Origin: Octopus sinensis
Taxonomy: Eukaryota
Length of the DNA: 64,000 nucleotides
NCBI RefSeq assembly: GCF_006345805.1
Contig: NC_043014.1
Coordinates: 44,268,001-44,332,000 of the forward strand
Direction of reading: 5' to 3'
The translations under genes were made by a program, and so were the position numbers. Within the stretch, counting starts at the first letter, position 1. The number at the start of each line of letters is the position of its first letter. Of this stretch, positions 39,975-53,280 are shown piece after piece. The notes under the pieces are model-generated. The model saw only the letters and a program-made list of their open reading frames with translations. It had not been told where the DNA came from and searched no databases.

Positions 39975-40015
39975 CTTCGCTAAAGAGGTTTAATAATGTC
40001 GAAACATGTCTAAAG
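39975..40015 (+). ncRNA. Degenerate hammerhead relic
   Basis: CTTCG-CTAAAGA-GGTTTAATAATGTC-GAAA-CATGTC-TAAAG; palindromic ACATGT and GUC retained, core G5 mutated, stems weakened. Confidence 0.4.
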
Positions 40016-40373
40016 TGCTCAGCGTACTGCTGAGAATCAGACACTTTCCCCTTCTGCATTTAATGGATTTCAGTGTATAAAAGTTTCGAAGTTATCCTCC
40101 TTGTATTTTTTTACCAGAATTATTCATTAATATAAGAAATATTTTCCTCACTGGTGTAATTTCAAACGAATAAAAATTCTTGTTTTGCCACTAAGTCAGT
40201 CGTGCTACTGCATACCTTCCTGTTATATAATGTAGTTTTAAATATCCTAAAAAGACGAGATGGTCCCAGTTGGAATGATAATAGGACAGGTGGATCTATT
40301 CTGATTTAGTGCTAAATAACACTGGTGTGCAGTTTATTTGTTTTGACTAAAGACTTGTAGCTCATCGATATGC

Positions 40374-40414
<41 letters not shown>

Positions 40415-40542
40415 TGTGTGTGAGTGTGTTATATGCAAGGAAATCTTGTATGCGTGTGTGTTCTATAGGTCCACCAGAAGTCAATTTTTTGACATGCCCT
40501 TTGCACCAACTCGTATATATACATATAGATAGATAGATAGAT

Positions 40543-40626
<84 letters not shown>

Positions 40627-40627
40627 C

Positions 40628-40746
<119 letters not shown>

Positions 40747-42179
40747 CGTACAAACATACATGCACACATATACATACACACATATACATACACTAAAGAT
40801 GTTTATTTACGAGTTACGGAAGTGGAACAGAATTCCCAAGTTGTCGGAATGAAATAATATGCAAGCTAGATCAGCATTGCAACAATACATATTTATATAA
40901 GGCCATATGTAATAGGCATCTGTGATGAGTCACCTGTTCTGGAATCTCTCTATAAGCACACGCTATGCGGAGTAAAGAGAGAGGGGGACGAGAGGGGAGT
41001 TCATCAACAGAAGTGAGCTAATACCTTGTCTGTTGGTACCTTCGTTTTGCTGACTGTTGGAGCAGAGGCCGCAGCTGATGTTGTTTGCTGATAACTGGCA
41101 ATAATGAGGGTGATGAGAGGAAAGTGGGTTGACAAACCCGGGTTCAATGTTTCGTAAGGGTAGCTGTGTAGTCGATAAAACCGCTCTCAACCTCGGCGTA
41201 TTATTGATGTATTATTGATTAGGTTCTAATGAATCTGTAGAACCTAAAAGAGGTGGAAAAGCACAAACAGATGGCCATGGAAAAACTTTTAATCTTCTTC
41301 CTTCTTTGAGGACTGTGATGCTTAACACATCTCACAGAAGATGATCCGCAAAATTTATGAGGCAAACTTCATGGGACTACAAGATATTGATATATTTTAT
41401 GAGTATATTATGAAAAACAATAATAAGTAAATAAGCAATAGACAGTTTTTCGAAATCAGTGACGCAAGTTAGTGGGAAAACCATTAAATAAGTATTTGCA
41501 AACAGGTCTCCCTTCATCGAAAACCGGTGATTGCCGTACGTTGACAAGAGGCAAATACCTCGAAACTGCAGTCCGTGCGTATCACTTAGGTTTACGAGAG
41601 AGGGATGACCTCCCTTTGCAAATACCATAAGGGCACAGAAAGAGTGCCTAAAGCCAGCTGGAGACGATGATCTCCTGGGGCTAAAAAGCTACAGTAACAC
41701 CCACCCTTAGTGGTTAGCCATATTGAGATGGCTAGTATACTTTACGTTAATAAGTAAATAAATATTCTGTTATTCTCTTATGCGGTCTGCGGTCATACTG
41801 GAGCACCACCGTAACTTTGCTCCCTTTCCACGTCCCTCTTACGTGGCTGATTTCTTCGTGGTGGTGCGATAAGAAATTAATCATGCATCGTATGACAAAC
41901 ACAGATGTAAGCTTTCTTTTGATTGGTCCACAATGGTATAAGTAAATTTCTTGTGGACCATTCGGACCTTGGTATGGATAACTGGTGGTTCACTTAGGGT
42001 CTAGGTCTAGGTCGTAGACCCTAGTTAGCACCAGGGGATAAGATATCAAACCCTGCCTTTTTAGTAAAAGAGAGGGCTAATCACCAACAGAACATGTAGC
42101 GTGTACACACACACACAGACACACACACACACATACATACACACACACACAAATGTGTGTGTGTATGTATGTATGTATG

Positions 42180-42509
42180 AAGACGCGTGGCTTAGTGGTT
42201 AGGGCTTTTGGCTCACGTTCGTAAGTTCGTGAGTTCAATTCTCGGCAACGCGCTGTGTCCTTGAGCAAGATACTTTATTTCACGTTGCTCCAGTCCACTC
42301 AGCTGGCAAAAAAAATGAGTAGTACCTGTATTTCAAAGGGCCGGCCTTGTCACACTCTGTGTCATGCTGAATCTCCCTGAGAATTACATTAAGGGTACAC
42401 ATGTCTGTGGAGTGCTCAGCCACTTGCATATTAATTTCACGAGCAAGCTGTTCCGTTGATCGTATCAGCTGGGACCCTCGTCGTCGTCGTAACCGACGGA
42501 GTGCTCCTC
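42180..42509 (+). mobile_element. SINE: family D head with an alternative 3' tail (fragments of this tail at ~18300-18415 and ~31200-31330, minus)
   Basis: Possible TSD ATGTATGAA at 42173-42181 and 42510-42518; tail TGTGGAGTGCTCAGCCACTTGC..GTCGTAACCGACGGAGTGCTC. Confidence 0.8.
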
Positions 42510-43709
42510 ATGTATGAATAAGACTCCCTATTGCTTCGGATTCAAAGTGTAAGCTAAAAGGGAATTTGTAGCTTTCGTATTTCCTTGTATACATTGATGG
42601 CGCAAATGTTGTTTTTCTAAACTCGGAAACAGAATGACGCGCGGTGATTTCATATGGTTTCAATTCGTCATAAAATTACTGTTGCATCTATGCTTAACAT
42701 TTTACTGTCGCAAAATGCTCTTATAAGAACGATGTATCACTTACTGATTTCATCAGTTTGAACGATGTAAAATATCAAGTTAAATCTATCACGGGATTTG
42801 AGCTAAGAATCGTTTAATTACAAAATCTCCAGAACAGTAGTTCGGTCAAAACAAAAAGAAAAGGAAAGCCTATTCTTATTAAGTCTTTATATAACTTCTG
42901 ATTTCAGTCGCTTCCAAAAATTCAAGTTTCATAGCTTAGGGCGTTTTTGCTCCCGTTCTCTTTACATTTCGTGCAAACTCGAGACATTCAGGGGGAAAAC
43001 TTAACCAACTATAAAACATCGAAGGAGAATATATTTCTCTCACTTGTTTGGCTGTACAGAACTAGGAATCAAGCTTCTAGTAATATAGATACTGATGCCT
43101 CGTAAAATTATCAAACTAAAAGATAAAATGAAAAGGAAATCATATGCGGGCACAAAAATGTTTACTTGATTCTGGAAAGTTACGAAATTTTTTTTAAAAC
43201 TTTGAATACTAAATAAATAAAAGGAAGAAGAAAATTAAATATAGTTTTCAGTGATGAAAGGGGGAAAAGGATTTTTATTTAGGAATTGAATTGCAAATAG
43301 TATCATTTTTCGAAAATATAGAATCCGCCAATACTGGCAATTAGACTTGAAGAATTGCCTTAATTTTCATTGGGCTCGGTCTTCAGAACGTCAGAGAGAT
43401 ATTCTGTTTCAGGTTTAGAGGAATTCGTTCTTTCCAAATGGAGTTGTAACTGGTATAATCGACAGATGTCGGAAGATAAGCAAACAAGAAAATAAACAAA
43501 TAAATAAATAAAGATGTACGTATGTAGGTAGGCGCGTATGTGTGTAGGTGTGTGTATATGTATGTAATGTTTGTATATATGCATACAAGTGTGCATGTAT
43601 GTATGTATGTATGTATCTATGTATGCATACGAGTGTTTATTTAAGTATGCATGAAAATGTATTTAAAAGATAAGATAAAATAGAGGAGGAAGAACGACAG
43701 GGATAGTGA

Positions 43710-43955
43710 GAGAGAGGGAGAGATAGGGAGAGGGAGAGAAAGAGAGAGGGAGAGAAAGAGAGAGGGAGAGAAAGAGAGAGGGAGAGAAAGAGAGAGGGAG
43801 AGGAAGAGAGAGGGAGAGGAAGAGAGAGGGAGAGGAAGACAAAGGGAGAGGAAGAGAGAGGGAGAGAAAGAGAGAGGGAGAGAAAGAGAGAGGGAGAGAA
43901 AGAGAGAGGGAGAGAAAGAGAGAGGGAGAGGAAGAGAGGGGGAGAGGAAGAGAAA
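43710..43955. repeat. 16-bp purine minisatellite (AGAGAGGGAGAG[A/G]AAG)n
   Basis: Directly visible periodicity. Confidence 0.9.
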
Positions 43956-44864
43956 GATAATTAATACAACTAGAACAAAATTAGTTATAGTTTACTTCCA
44001 AAGGCAATTAATCATTGTTGCGTAAGATTCTTATAAAATATTTATTTGATTAATGAAAAAAAAATTGCGCTAATTTTCTTTAGGCTTAAAAACAGACAGC
44101 GACGCTTTTGGTATTTAACAGAGATATATGTATATCATATTTTAGGAACATATTTTATTTTCGTTTTTATTTTCGCAAAAAGTTGGGCTGAAGGCTGAAA
44201 GAGAGATAGCGATAGCCAATCAGCTGCAAGATTTAGTCTACAGCCTTGTAACTACCTTCTCATATGCAGCCAAAACGTTTCCAAAAGAGTATATATACCT
44301 CACCTCAGGTGCTTGCTTACAGTGACTATAGATGTACAAAGAGCTGCTGCAATAGAAAAGAGAAGAAAAAAGAAATAAACCCACACATATATACAAATAT
44401 GTATATGAAGAGATTCTAAATTCTGAGAAGTGTGGGGGAAAGAAGGCGAAAAATATATATATTGACATACACACATACATTCTTCATACATACACACATA
44501 CATACATACATACATACATACATACATACATACATACGTACGTACATGCATACATAAATACATACATACATACGTACATATATGCATACATACATACGTA
44601 CATATATGCATACATACATACATACATACATACATACATACGTACGTACGTACGTACGTACATACATACATACGTACATACATACATACATACATACATA
44701 CATACATACATACATACATACATACACACATACATAAAAGTACATACATACACACACATACATATACATAACAAATAACTCGGTAAATATCAAGGTAAAA
44801 AATGTACATATATACACATACACATAGCACATTTTTTATCGATGTAGACATACATCCAACCGTC

Positions 44865-44929
<65 letters not shown>

Positions 44930-46003
44930 TGTGTAAGAGAGAGAGAGAGAGAGAAAAGGTAGAAAGAGAGGGAGAGAGAAACCTGAATGACGTTTGGTTT
45001 TTTTTAACGGGAAAACGACGGACTGGTTACTTTAAGGGTACATATTTTATTAGAAACTAAAGCTTCTTAAATCGTAGCAATCGAAATGTTTCACGTTTCC
45101 GATTATTCAAACGATCAGTGGAGGTATAAATAAGAAATAGAGAAAAGAATCTGAAGAAGTTCTAATCTCGTTAGAAACTGAAATAAAAACTATTGACAAC
45201 AGAGAAACGTTTGTGTTCTGAGGAACGTTACAAACACCATCAATAACATTTAACACTCTAATAAAGTAAATTTAGCTGGTAATTGTCGTCTAAATTGATA
45301 CCAATGCTTCAAGGAACTTATTAAGAAGATGATATGGTTCTAACGTATGCAGAAAGCTAAAGCTTTTATGGGTGAGAGAGAAAACTATTGAATATGTCGA
45401 CTTGTACGTTATTTTATCGACTTTGAAGGATGAAAAATGAAGTCGATTTTATTCTGACGTAATGTAAGCTCAGCTGTAAAGGTTCGTAACAAAAATATCG
45501 TCACTCACTCTATCTGTGGTTAAATACATCATCTATGATGTATGCCGCTATCTCGGGAGCGTAGACGTTTCTCCTTTAGTGAACCATAGTTTTACTTGAA
45601 ATTACTTACAAGATTAGGAACGTTTCTGTCTACTTCTTATCTGTTCCTTTAATCTTCCGTCTATCCAGTCGTCTAAATAAATGCATCTGTATCTATCTCT
45701 ATGGCTGAGTGCAAGCGTGCGTGTCTGTATGGGTGTATATAGATAAATGATATGTGAATGCGTGCGCGCGCGTATGTGTGTGTGTGTTTATGTGTGCATG
45801 TGTATACACACATACACACACAATTTCTTTAACTCTATATTCACACATGACGAATGCCCAAACTTAAACTTGGTAGTATATAATAATACTACAGGATAGG
45901 ACTAGGCAATTCTGAAGGTGGACGAGCTCTATACTGTAATCTACCACGTTCCTAACGGAATATACCATAACTATATATATATTATTATATATATATATAT
46001 ATA

Positions 46004-46081
<78 letters not shown>

Positions 46082-46088
46082 GATACAC

Positions 46089-46762
46089 TTACTCTTTTAC
46101 TCTTTTACTTGTTTCAGTCATGTGACTGAGGCCATGCTGGAGCACCGCCTTTAGTCGAGCAAATCGACCCCAGGATTTATTCTTTGTAAGCCTAGTACTT
46201 ATTCTATCGCTATCTTTTGCCGAACCGCTAAGTTACGGGGACTGGCGATGTGGAGTAGGTGGGACAAACACAGACACACAAAACACACAGACATATACAC
46301 ACACATACATATATATATATATATTATATATATATATATACGACGGGCTTTTTTCAGTTTCCATCTACCAAATCCACTCACAAGTGTGGTAAGTATCTTG
46401 CTTCCCAACCATATGGTTCCGGGTTCAGTCCCACCGCGTGACACCTTGGGCAAGTGTCTTCTACTATAGCCTCGGGCCGACTAAAGCCTTGTGAGTAGAT
46501 TTGGTAGACGGAAACTGAAAGAAGCCCGTCGTGTATATGTATGTGTGTGTGTGTGTGTGTGTTTGTGTGTCTGTGTTTGTTACCCCAACATCGCTTGACA
46601 ACCGTTGGTGGTGTGTTTGCGTCCCCGTAACTTAGCGGTTTGGCAAAATGGACCGATAGAATAAGTATTAGGCTTACAAAGAATAAGTCCTGGAGTCGAT
46701 TTGCTCGACTAAAACCGGTGCTCCAGCATGGCCGCAGTCAAATAACTGAAACAAGTAAAAGA
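46089..46762. mobile_element. Two SINE family A copies head-to-head (46089-46384 minus without head; 46385-46762 plus)
   Basis: Direct junction CCACTCACAAG|TGTGGTAAG. Confidence 0.9.
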
Positions 46763-47034
46763 AAGAAATTTGGTGGTAAGTGATAATCAACCGAATATTC
46801 AGTAGTACAATATCTATAATTTATATATATATATTTATATATCAACCTCCCTGGCCTTTAAAACATAGAAAGCGAAGGGACATAACTACCATAATATTGT
46901 CATCTCTCGACTGATTCTGACGTTCATCAAAGCAACAGATAATATAGAGAGAGAGGGCAGTTATGTTGAAGAGTAGTCTCCCTTACAAACATCTGCTTTC
47001 TATACAGCCTACTACAAGTTTGAGTTGTTTGTAT

Positions 47035-47309
47035 TACAGTAATCTTTCCAAAACACCCCGCGATAGGTAAAAATCCGCGAAGTAGAAACAGTACTGTACT
47101 GTACGTTTTTTTTGTTGTTATTTTTATAATTTGTATATATTTATTTTATTATAAGCAACAATAAATCTCTGAACGAGGAATAAACAGTGTTTTATTCTAA
47201 ATGCAAAATAACACCGCGGAGCAATCGACGTAAGCTTAAATAATAAACCGCGATATGTGAACCGCGATAGGTAAACCGCGATATGGCGAGAGTTTACGAG
47301 TTTACTGTA
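47035..47309. mobile_element. Tigger/pogo-like MITE
   Basis: TA-CAGTAA.. and ..TTACTG-TA termini; subterminal CCGCGATAGGTAAA repeats at both ends. Confidence 0.7.
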
Positions 47310-47419
47310 TTCCTTCTATTGCTTTTATCTATTATCGTTCTTATGAACGTTGTTTATTGTTTGGCATCATGAAATACAATTTTTTTAAAAAGAAATAATA
47401 GATGCAGTTATGCCTATGT

Positions 47420-47555
47420 GATTAACAAACTCGCTTTACGATCAAGCGGTTTAGGGTTCAATCTCTCTACGAGGCACCTTGCAAAATGTTTTCTAAATGC
47501 AACCTCGAGTCGACAAATGCCTTGTGAATGAATCTGGAAACTGTGTGGAAGCTTG

Positions 47556-47592
<37 letters not shown>

Positions 47593-47735
47593 TGTGTGTG
47601 TGTGTGTCTGTGTGTGTGTGTGTCTGTGTGTGTCTGTGTCTGTGTGTGTCTGTGTCTGTGTGTGTGTGTGTGAGTCTTTTTCTCTCTGCTTGTCCCACCT
47701 TAGCCGTCTGACAACCGCTGTTGGTTCGTTTACTG
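47420..47735 (+). mobile_element. Old, diverged family A-like SINE (similar relics at ~7945-8100 and ~31395-31560, minus)
   Basis: GGTTCAATC..GGCACCTTG..GCCTTGTGAATG..(GT)n..TGACAACCG.TG.TGG. Confidence 0.65.
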
Positions 47736-48916
47736 GAAAAATACATTAGGCAGTCCTAGGTGAAATGTTCATGAATGGAATCCCTTTCATCATAGATCTG
47801 ATCGATTAAGGATGATCTAGGGCTTTAAAAAAAAAGGCTGGATTTAAGTCATGTATTGAACTTTACAAAAGTCGCGCATGTTTTTGTTGTCCAACTGACA
47901 AACAGGATTATTGTAGAAGGTGGACTGTGAACTTCAACTTTACGAGGTTATTGGTCAGATATTTAATATTAGTAATTATAGAAAATTTAAAGCCCTATAA
48001 CAATGATATTGAAACTGTAGAACTCGAAGTAACCAACCATAAAAGTTTTCCTTTTCCAAGACTTTAGACTAAATAATTAATACCTGTTGACTTGGTAATT
48101 AGCAATAAAGATTGTGTTTTGTTTATTTGTTTTGTTTTTATGTGCGTGATTTAATACAGCTTTTTTTAAGATATTTGATAGGTATCTTTTCTTTGTTGAT
48201 TTGCCGAAGTGCATTCTTCGAAATATAATCCTTGATCTAAAAATACCTTCTTTTAGTTGATTTTATAATCATATTCCAGTAAATGGAACAGATACATACG
48301 CATAGTTTTGTAGATATATTTTACCCTCTTAGTTTGAAGTGAAATGCCTTGAACTTTGTATACAGTCTAGTTATGTAATTATATATCATTAATATCAGAA
48401 TGCATGTAACATCCATTGTTTTAAACAAGAAAGGAAAGACGGTCAATGAATTTGATACATTTGCTCTGGATCACTAACTCCATCTTAATTATCACATAAA
48501 GTTATCAGTGCTATTGGACAAAGGTTCAATCCATACTATAAAAGTTAGTTTCTAACTTATTTGCCGAGTTATTTTGTTCGTGTTCAGACAACTTCAGTCA
48601 AATCTTGAACTTCGGTAAATCTTGCAAACATCAACTGTTCCTCTTGGAAATTCTAAACCAGTCGTTTCTCTTCTGAAGTTTCAGTAACATTTACCAAATG
48701 CACCAACTGTTTTAGGTGTAAACTGAAAAATTGTAATAAGGATGCATACAATATTACAAACACTGAAGTATTTTGCCACAGAAATTCTTCTTTTCGTGTA
48801 TTTCTCACATGACATTTACTTAATCTAGAAAAATAGCCCCAAAATAACACTCAAGACAGTTGTAATTTGTTTCATTAACGTTCTAAATACTTTATAATCA
48901 ACAATGAAGCTCGTTG

Positions 48917-49364
48917 ATAACATTGGTTTTCTTTGCTAATGAAGATCTGGTCATTTACGTATTGGACTTTGTTAATATTTTGATTATAATAATAGTATAA
49001 TAATTAATATTTTAGTTAGAAAATAAGAATAAAGGGATTACCATCTTGGAAAATTTATTGGGAAAATAATGTTGGGAACCAATCTTTGAGCTCCTACCTT
49101 CAGAAGTGATCACCAGGTAGAGAGCTCAAAGATTGGTTTCCAACATTATTTTCCCCAATAAATTTTCCAAATTGGTAATCTCTTTATTCTATTTTGTAAC
49201 TAAAATATTAATTATTATACTATTATTATAATCAAAATATTAGCAAATTCCAATACGTAAATGACCAGATCTTCAACAACAAAGAAAACCAATGTTATTA
49301 GAATATCATTGAATTTGATGTTTGGAAGCTTGATCACAAATTCAATGATATTCTAATAACATTG
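48917..49364. repeat. Nested fold-back: ~183-bp inverted arms plus a perfect 28-bp hairpin
   Basis: Arms 48917-49099 / 49115-49298; second hairpin 49290-49317 / 49337-49364 is exactly complementary. Confidence 0.8.
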
Positions 49365-50673
49365 TACGAGAGGCTAAACTAAAACTTATGACCCAGTAAC
49401 AAACTTAGGAAATTTCTCTGATAAAATTATCTTGTACGAGCTACATGTTTTGTATTTAATTCAGCATTCTAACGTGTCTGGGTATTTATTTTTTCCCGTT
49501 TATACTACCAATCTACCAATTCGTTATCGGCATTCCTGACTATTTAAACATATCCGTAGGATTATTTGTACAGAATGAGAACATCTTATTCTACTTTTTT
49601 TTTTTTTTTTGTTATCAGGCTTCATACTGTTTTGTTCGTTCAGTGTAGTTTTCCTTTCTGTTTTTGTCAGTAGTTGTATCAATCTATCGATGGCGTTTCC
49701 ATCACCTACAGCTTCCCTACTGATACAGTATTAACTCTGTTCTGTCTTCACTCATGAAGATAACACTGCGATAAAAATCAACGCAATTCCTTAAAAAGTT
49801 TGACAAGAAACGTTTCTAAATATATTTAAGAACAGACATTTTTCTCTTTGATGCAACACAGTTAGGTAAACGTCTTGTGACTCATAGTTTTTACTCGTGT
49901 ATATTTCGCTGATGACAACTTACTTATAGTTTGGAAGTTTACTCTTTCAAAAGACTGGTATCTAGAGATTCCAAATAGCTATGATGGCTTTTCCTTGAGT
50001 CATAGTTAATGAGTAAGCAATGGCTTATTGTCTTAAGGATGGATGAAAGCAAGTATGGATGTTTAACGTGTAGCTGGATGATTAACTAATTGCCTTTGCT
50101 ATATTTAGCTTTGTTGAACAACTGCCAACAAAATCGGAGTTGTTCTATAATAGACTAGAATCGTCTGTTGATGATTAGACAACAGTAACTTCTTTCGAGT
50201 GTTGAACCTTATTAGAAAGTTTTATTTTTTTTGTTTTTAAGTGAAGGCTATATTATGATATTATGTTTGAAGAATGTAATCTCTGCAATTTTGTCTCTAA
50301 GAATCCTAGCTATTTTAAGATAGCAGCACAACATTCGTTGTTACAACAAAGAGAGCCGTTGATTTACGTGTATAAAATTAAACCTTAAATCTGTATAACA
50401 TAAAACAGATTTTGCTTCAAATAATCGTAAATCTTCTCTCCGTTTCAATTTGGTTTTATTTATATTCTTTAATTAAATAACGAGCTAGTCTCCAATAACA
50501 GAAACCATGTTTCCTCACCGGGTTTTAGACAATAGTACCCACTATACAACTCGTGTCTTTTTACTGTTTCAGTCATGGAATGTGTCTACGTCTACCTATG
50601 CTTGTATATAAGTTAGACTGTGTAGCTATCAATAAATGTGTAGATGTACTTAATGTCTTAATCTATGTATATA

Positions 50674-50814
50674 TTAGGTTGTCCCAAAAGTTCGTAAACA
50701 CTTGCGAAATTTGAATTTTTACTCGCCAAGTACTAACAAAAACAACAAAAATTATTCCTCAAAATAAAGACCATTATTTTCCAAGACTTTCTACGAACTT
50801 TTGGGACAACCTTA
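50674..50814. mobile_element. mariner-derived MITE, 141 bp
   Basis: TIRs TTAGGTTGTCCCAAAAGTTCGTA / TACGAACTTTTGGGACAACCTTA with TA on both sides; the terminus resembles mariner (Hsmar1-like TTAGGTTG..CAAAAGT). Confidence 0.85.
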
Positions 50815-51141
50815 TAATCCTGATTCTTTCCCCTTAATCTCAATCTTATTCTGGGATTGAGTAAAACGACCATGGTCAGTCAAAACCGTTAAGGCGTCTA
50901 TTAATGGTGACATGAAAAATCACACAATATCATCTCTCCTATCTCTTAAAATAAGTCTCTTTTTTTTAGATGTCGTACAACATCAAATGTCTGTGTTCAA
51001 GAGTGTATGGTCCCTCTATGGAATTCAGATGGAGAACTTTTGAAAAATCGTCACTGTTCCAATGATTGGCTGTTCGATCAATAAAAGTTTAAAGAATACG
51101 CACTCTCTCTCTTCTCCTTCCCTCCCCCTCTCTCTCTAGCC

Positions 51142-51217
<76 letters not shown>

Positions 51218-51231
51218 TGTTATATAAAATA

Positions 51232-51474
51232 AATACGCCCTTTTAAAGCCTAGCCAGACTCAGGGCCCGGTTCCCGGTTCCCATAGCGTATGTGTTCCCT
51301 ACTGGATGGGACGCCAGTCCATCGCAGTGTTACTCATTTTTGCCAGCTGAGTAGACTGGAGCAACGTGAAATGAAGTGTCTTGCTCAAGAACACAACGCG
51401 TCGCCCGGCCCAGGAATCGGAGCCACAATCTTACGATCATTGTGCTGACACCCTAACCACTAAGCCACGTGCCT

Positions 51475-51478
<4 letters not shown>
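51232..51478 (-). mobile_element. SINE family D
   Basis: Same consensus as the 36477 copy. Confidence 0.9.
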
Positions 51479-51518
<40 letters not shown>

Positions 51519-51532
51519 ATATATTATATATA

Positions 51533-51577
<45 letters not shown>

Positions 51578-51609
51578 TATCTTATATATAATATATATAT
51601 ATATATATT

Positions 51610-51695
<86 letters not shown>

Positions 51696-51699
<4 letters not shown>

Positions 51700-51925
51700 C
51701 GGCGAGCTGGCAGAAACGTTAGCACGCCGGGCGAAATGCCTTGCCGTATTTCGTCTGCCGCTACGTTCTGAGTTCAAATTCCGCCGAGGTCGACTTTGCC
51801 TTTCATCCTTTCGGGGTCGATAAATTAAGTACCAGTTACGCATTGGGGGTCGATGTGATCGACTCAATCCCTTTGTCTGTCCTTGTTTGTCCCTTCTGTG
51901 TTAGCCCCTTGTGGGTAGTAAAGAA
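51696..51925 (+). mobile_element. SINE family B, full length
   Basis: Closest to the family consensus, tail GTGGGTAGTAAAGAAAT. Confidence 0.9.
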
Positions 51926-52369
51926 ATATGTATCCATACATTCATGCACAAGTACATACAATATACATACACCCATTCCTATACGTATGTATGTATGTTG
52001 CATGTATTATGTGCGTGCGTGTGCGCGCGCATCTGCATCTGTGCGTGCGCGTGTTATTCATATTTATATGAACATGAGGATGTTTATGTATGCTTGTCAT
52101 TACGTTTGCACTTTACTATTTTACTCGGGCACATAATCAAAAGTCAATCAGAACATGCATTTCGCTGGCTTGGCAAGGAGAGCAGCGGAGTCTGCCTGAA
52201 TTAAAATCAATAATACGAATCAAGTAATCTATCTAGCATTTGGAGTATCAGAATACAACAAAACTTTGCTTTGGTTACTAATAAGCAAGGATTGAACTGT
52301 TAAATATGTGCTTATATTCTTTTAAACAAAACTTGTGTGTGTGTGTGCAGACGCACAAAAAGAAATAAA

Positions 52370-52575
52370 GAGAATGCTATGAGGTAAAAAGACCAGCAGT
52401 AGAAACGTTCAATGTTTGTATTCTTCCACCAGTATTTTGTCCTGTCCGTAACCGAGATAAGATTGCTTCAGATACTTCTCTATTGAAACAACCCCACTGA
52501 GCATTTCTTTTACGTACAGTACTAAATTCAGTTACTCTTTTGGGTGTTCCCAGAAGAGAGACTGGATCCAATTAG
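52370..52575 (-). mobile_element. Possible degenerate LINE ORF2 fragment
   Basis: Peptide NREVSEAILSRLRTGQ resembles the R....L.RLRTGH motif of I/Jockey/R1-type LINE C-termini; single short motif only. Confidence 0.3.
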
Positions 52576-52674
52576 CTCCCATCATCCAGAAATTGATAAA
52601 CGCTACTACCTTTTGATCAATATCTTTGATACTTAAAACTTCATGATAATTTTCTGTATGAGAAATTATTTTCT

Positions 52675-53280
52675 ACTCTAGTTACAAGGCCCGAAAAGTT
52701 GGTGGGAGGAGGCCAGTCGATTAGATCGAAGCCAGTACGTAACTGATACTTAATTTATCGACCCCGAAAGAATGAAAGGCAAAGTCGACCTCGGCGGAAT
52801 TTAATCTCAGAACGTAAAGACAGACGAAATGCTGCTAAGCAAATCGCCCGGCGTGCTAACGTTTCTGGCAGCTCGCCCGCCTTTTCTGAATGAGAAATTG
52901 TATGATTGATGTTTGTGTGTATGAGGAACGAAGATGCGTGGTTTAATGGTTAGGATATTCGGCTCGTAGACGCGAGTTCGATTTCCAATCATGTCAGATT
53001 GAGCATATAACAGGGCTCAACTGAAAAAAAAACAATGTTCGTTTATATGCATGTTTCTTATTTCTTTACTGCCCACAAGGGGCTACACACAGAGGGGACA
53101 AACAAGGACAGAAAAACGGATTAAGTCGATTATATCGACTCCAGTGTGTAACTGGTACTTACTTTATCGACCCTGAAAGGATGAAAGGCAAAGTCGACCT
53201 CGACGGAATTTGAACTCAGAATGTAGCGGCAGACGAAATACTGTTAAGCATGCTAAAGTCTCTGCCAGCTCGCCGCCTTA
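52675..53280 (-). mobile_element. Two SINE family B copies (52675-52885, 53055-53280) around a family D head fragment
   Basis: Consensus matches. Confidence 0.85.

Noticed and set aside
45148-45185. CTGAAGA..GAAAC
   Set aside because: The GAAA is inside the putative stem II, and stems I and III are absent.
48575-48606. AG..GT-bounded micro-exon candidate (ACAACTTCAGTCAAATCTTGAACTTCG)
   Set aside because: The phase-0 frame has a stop and the other frames do not resemble the expected exon 2.
49898-49940. CTGATGA followed by GGAAG
   Set aside because: No GAAA, no stem I or III; chance match.
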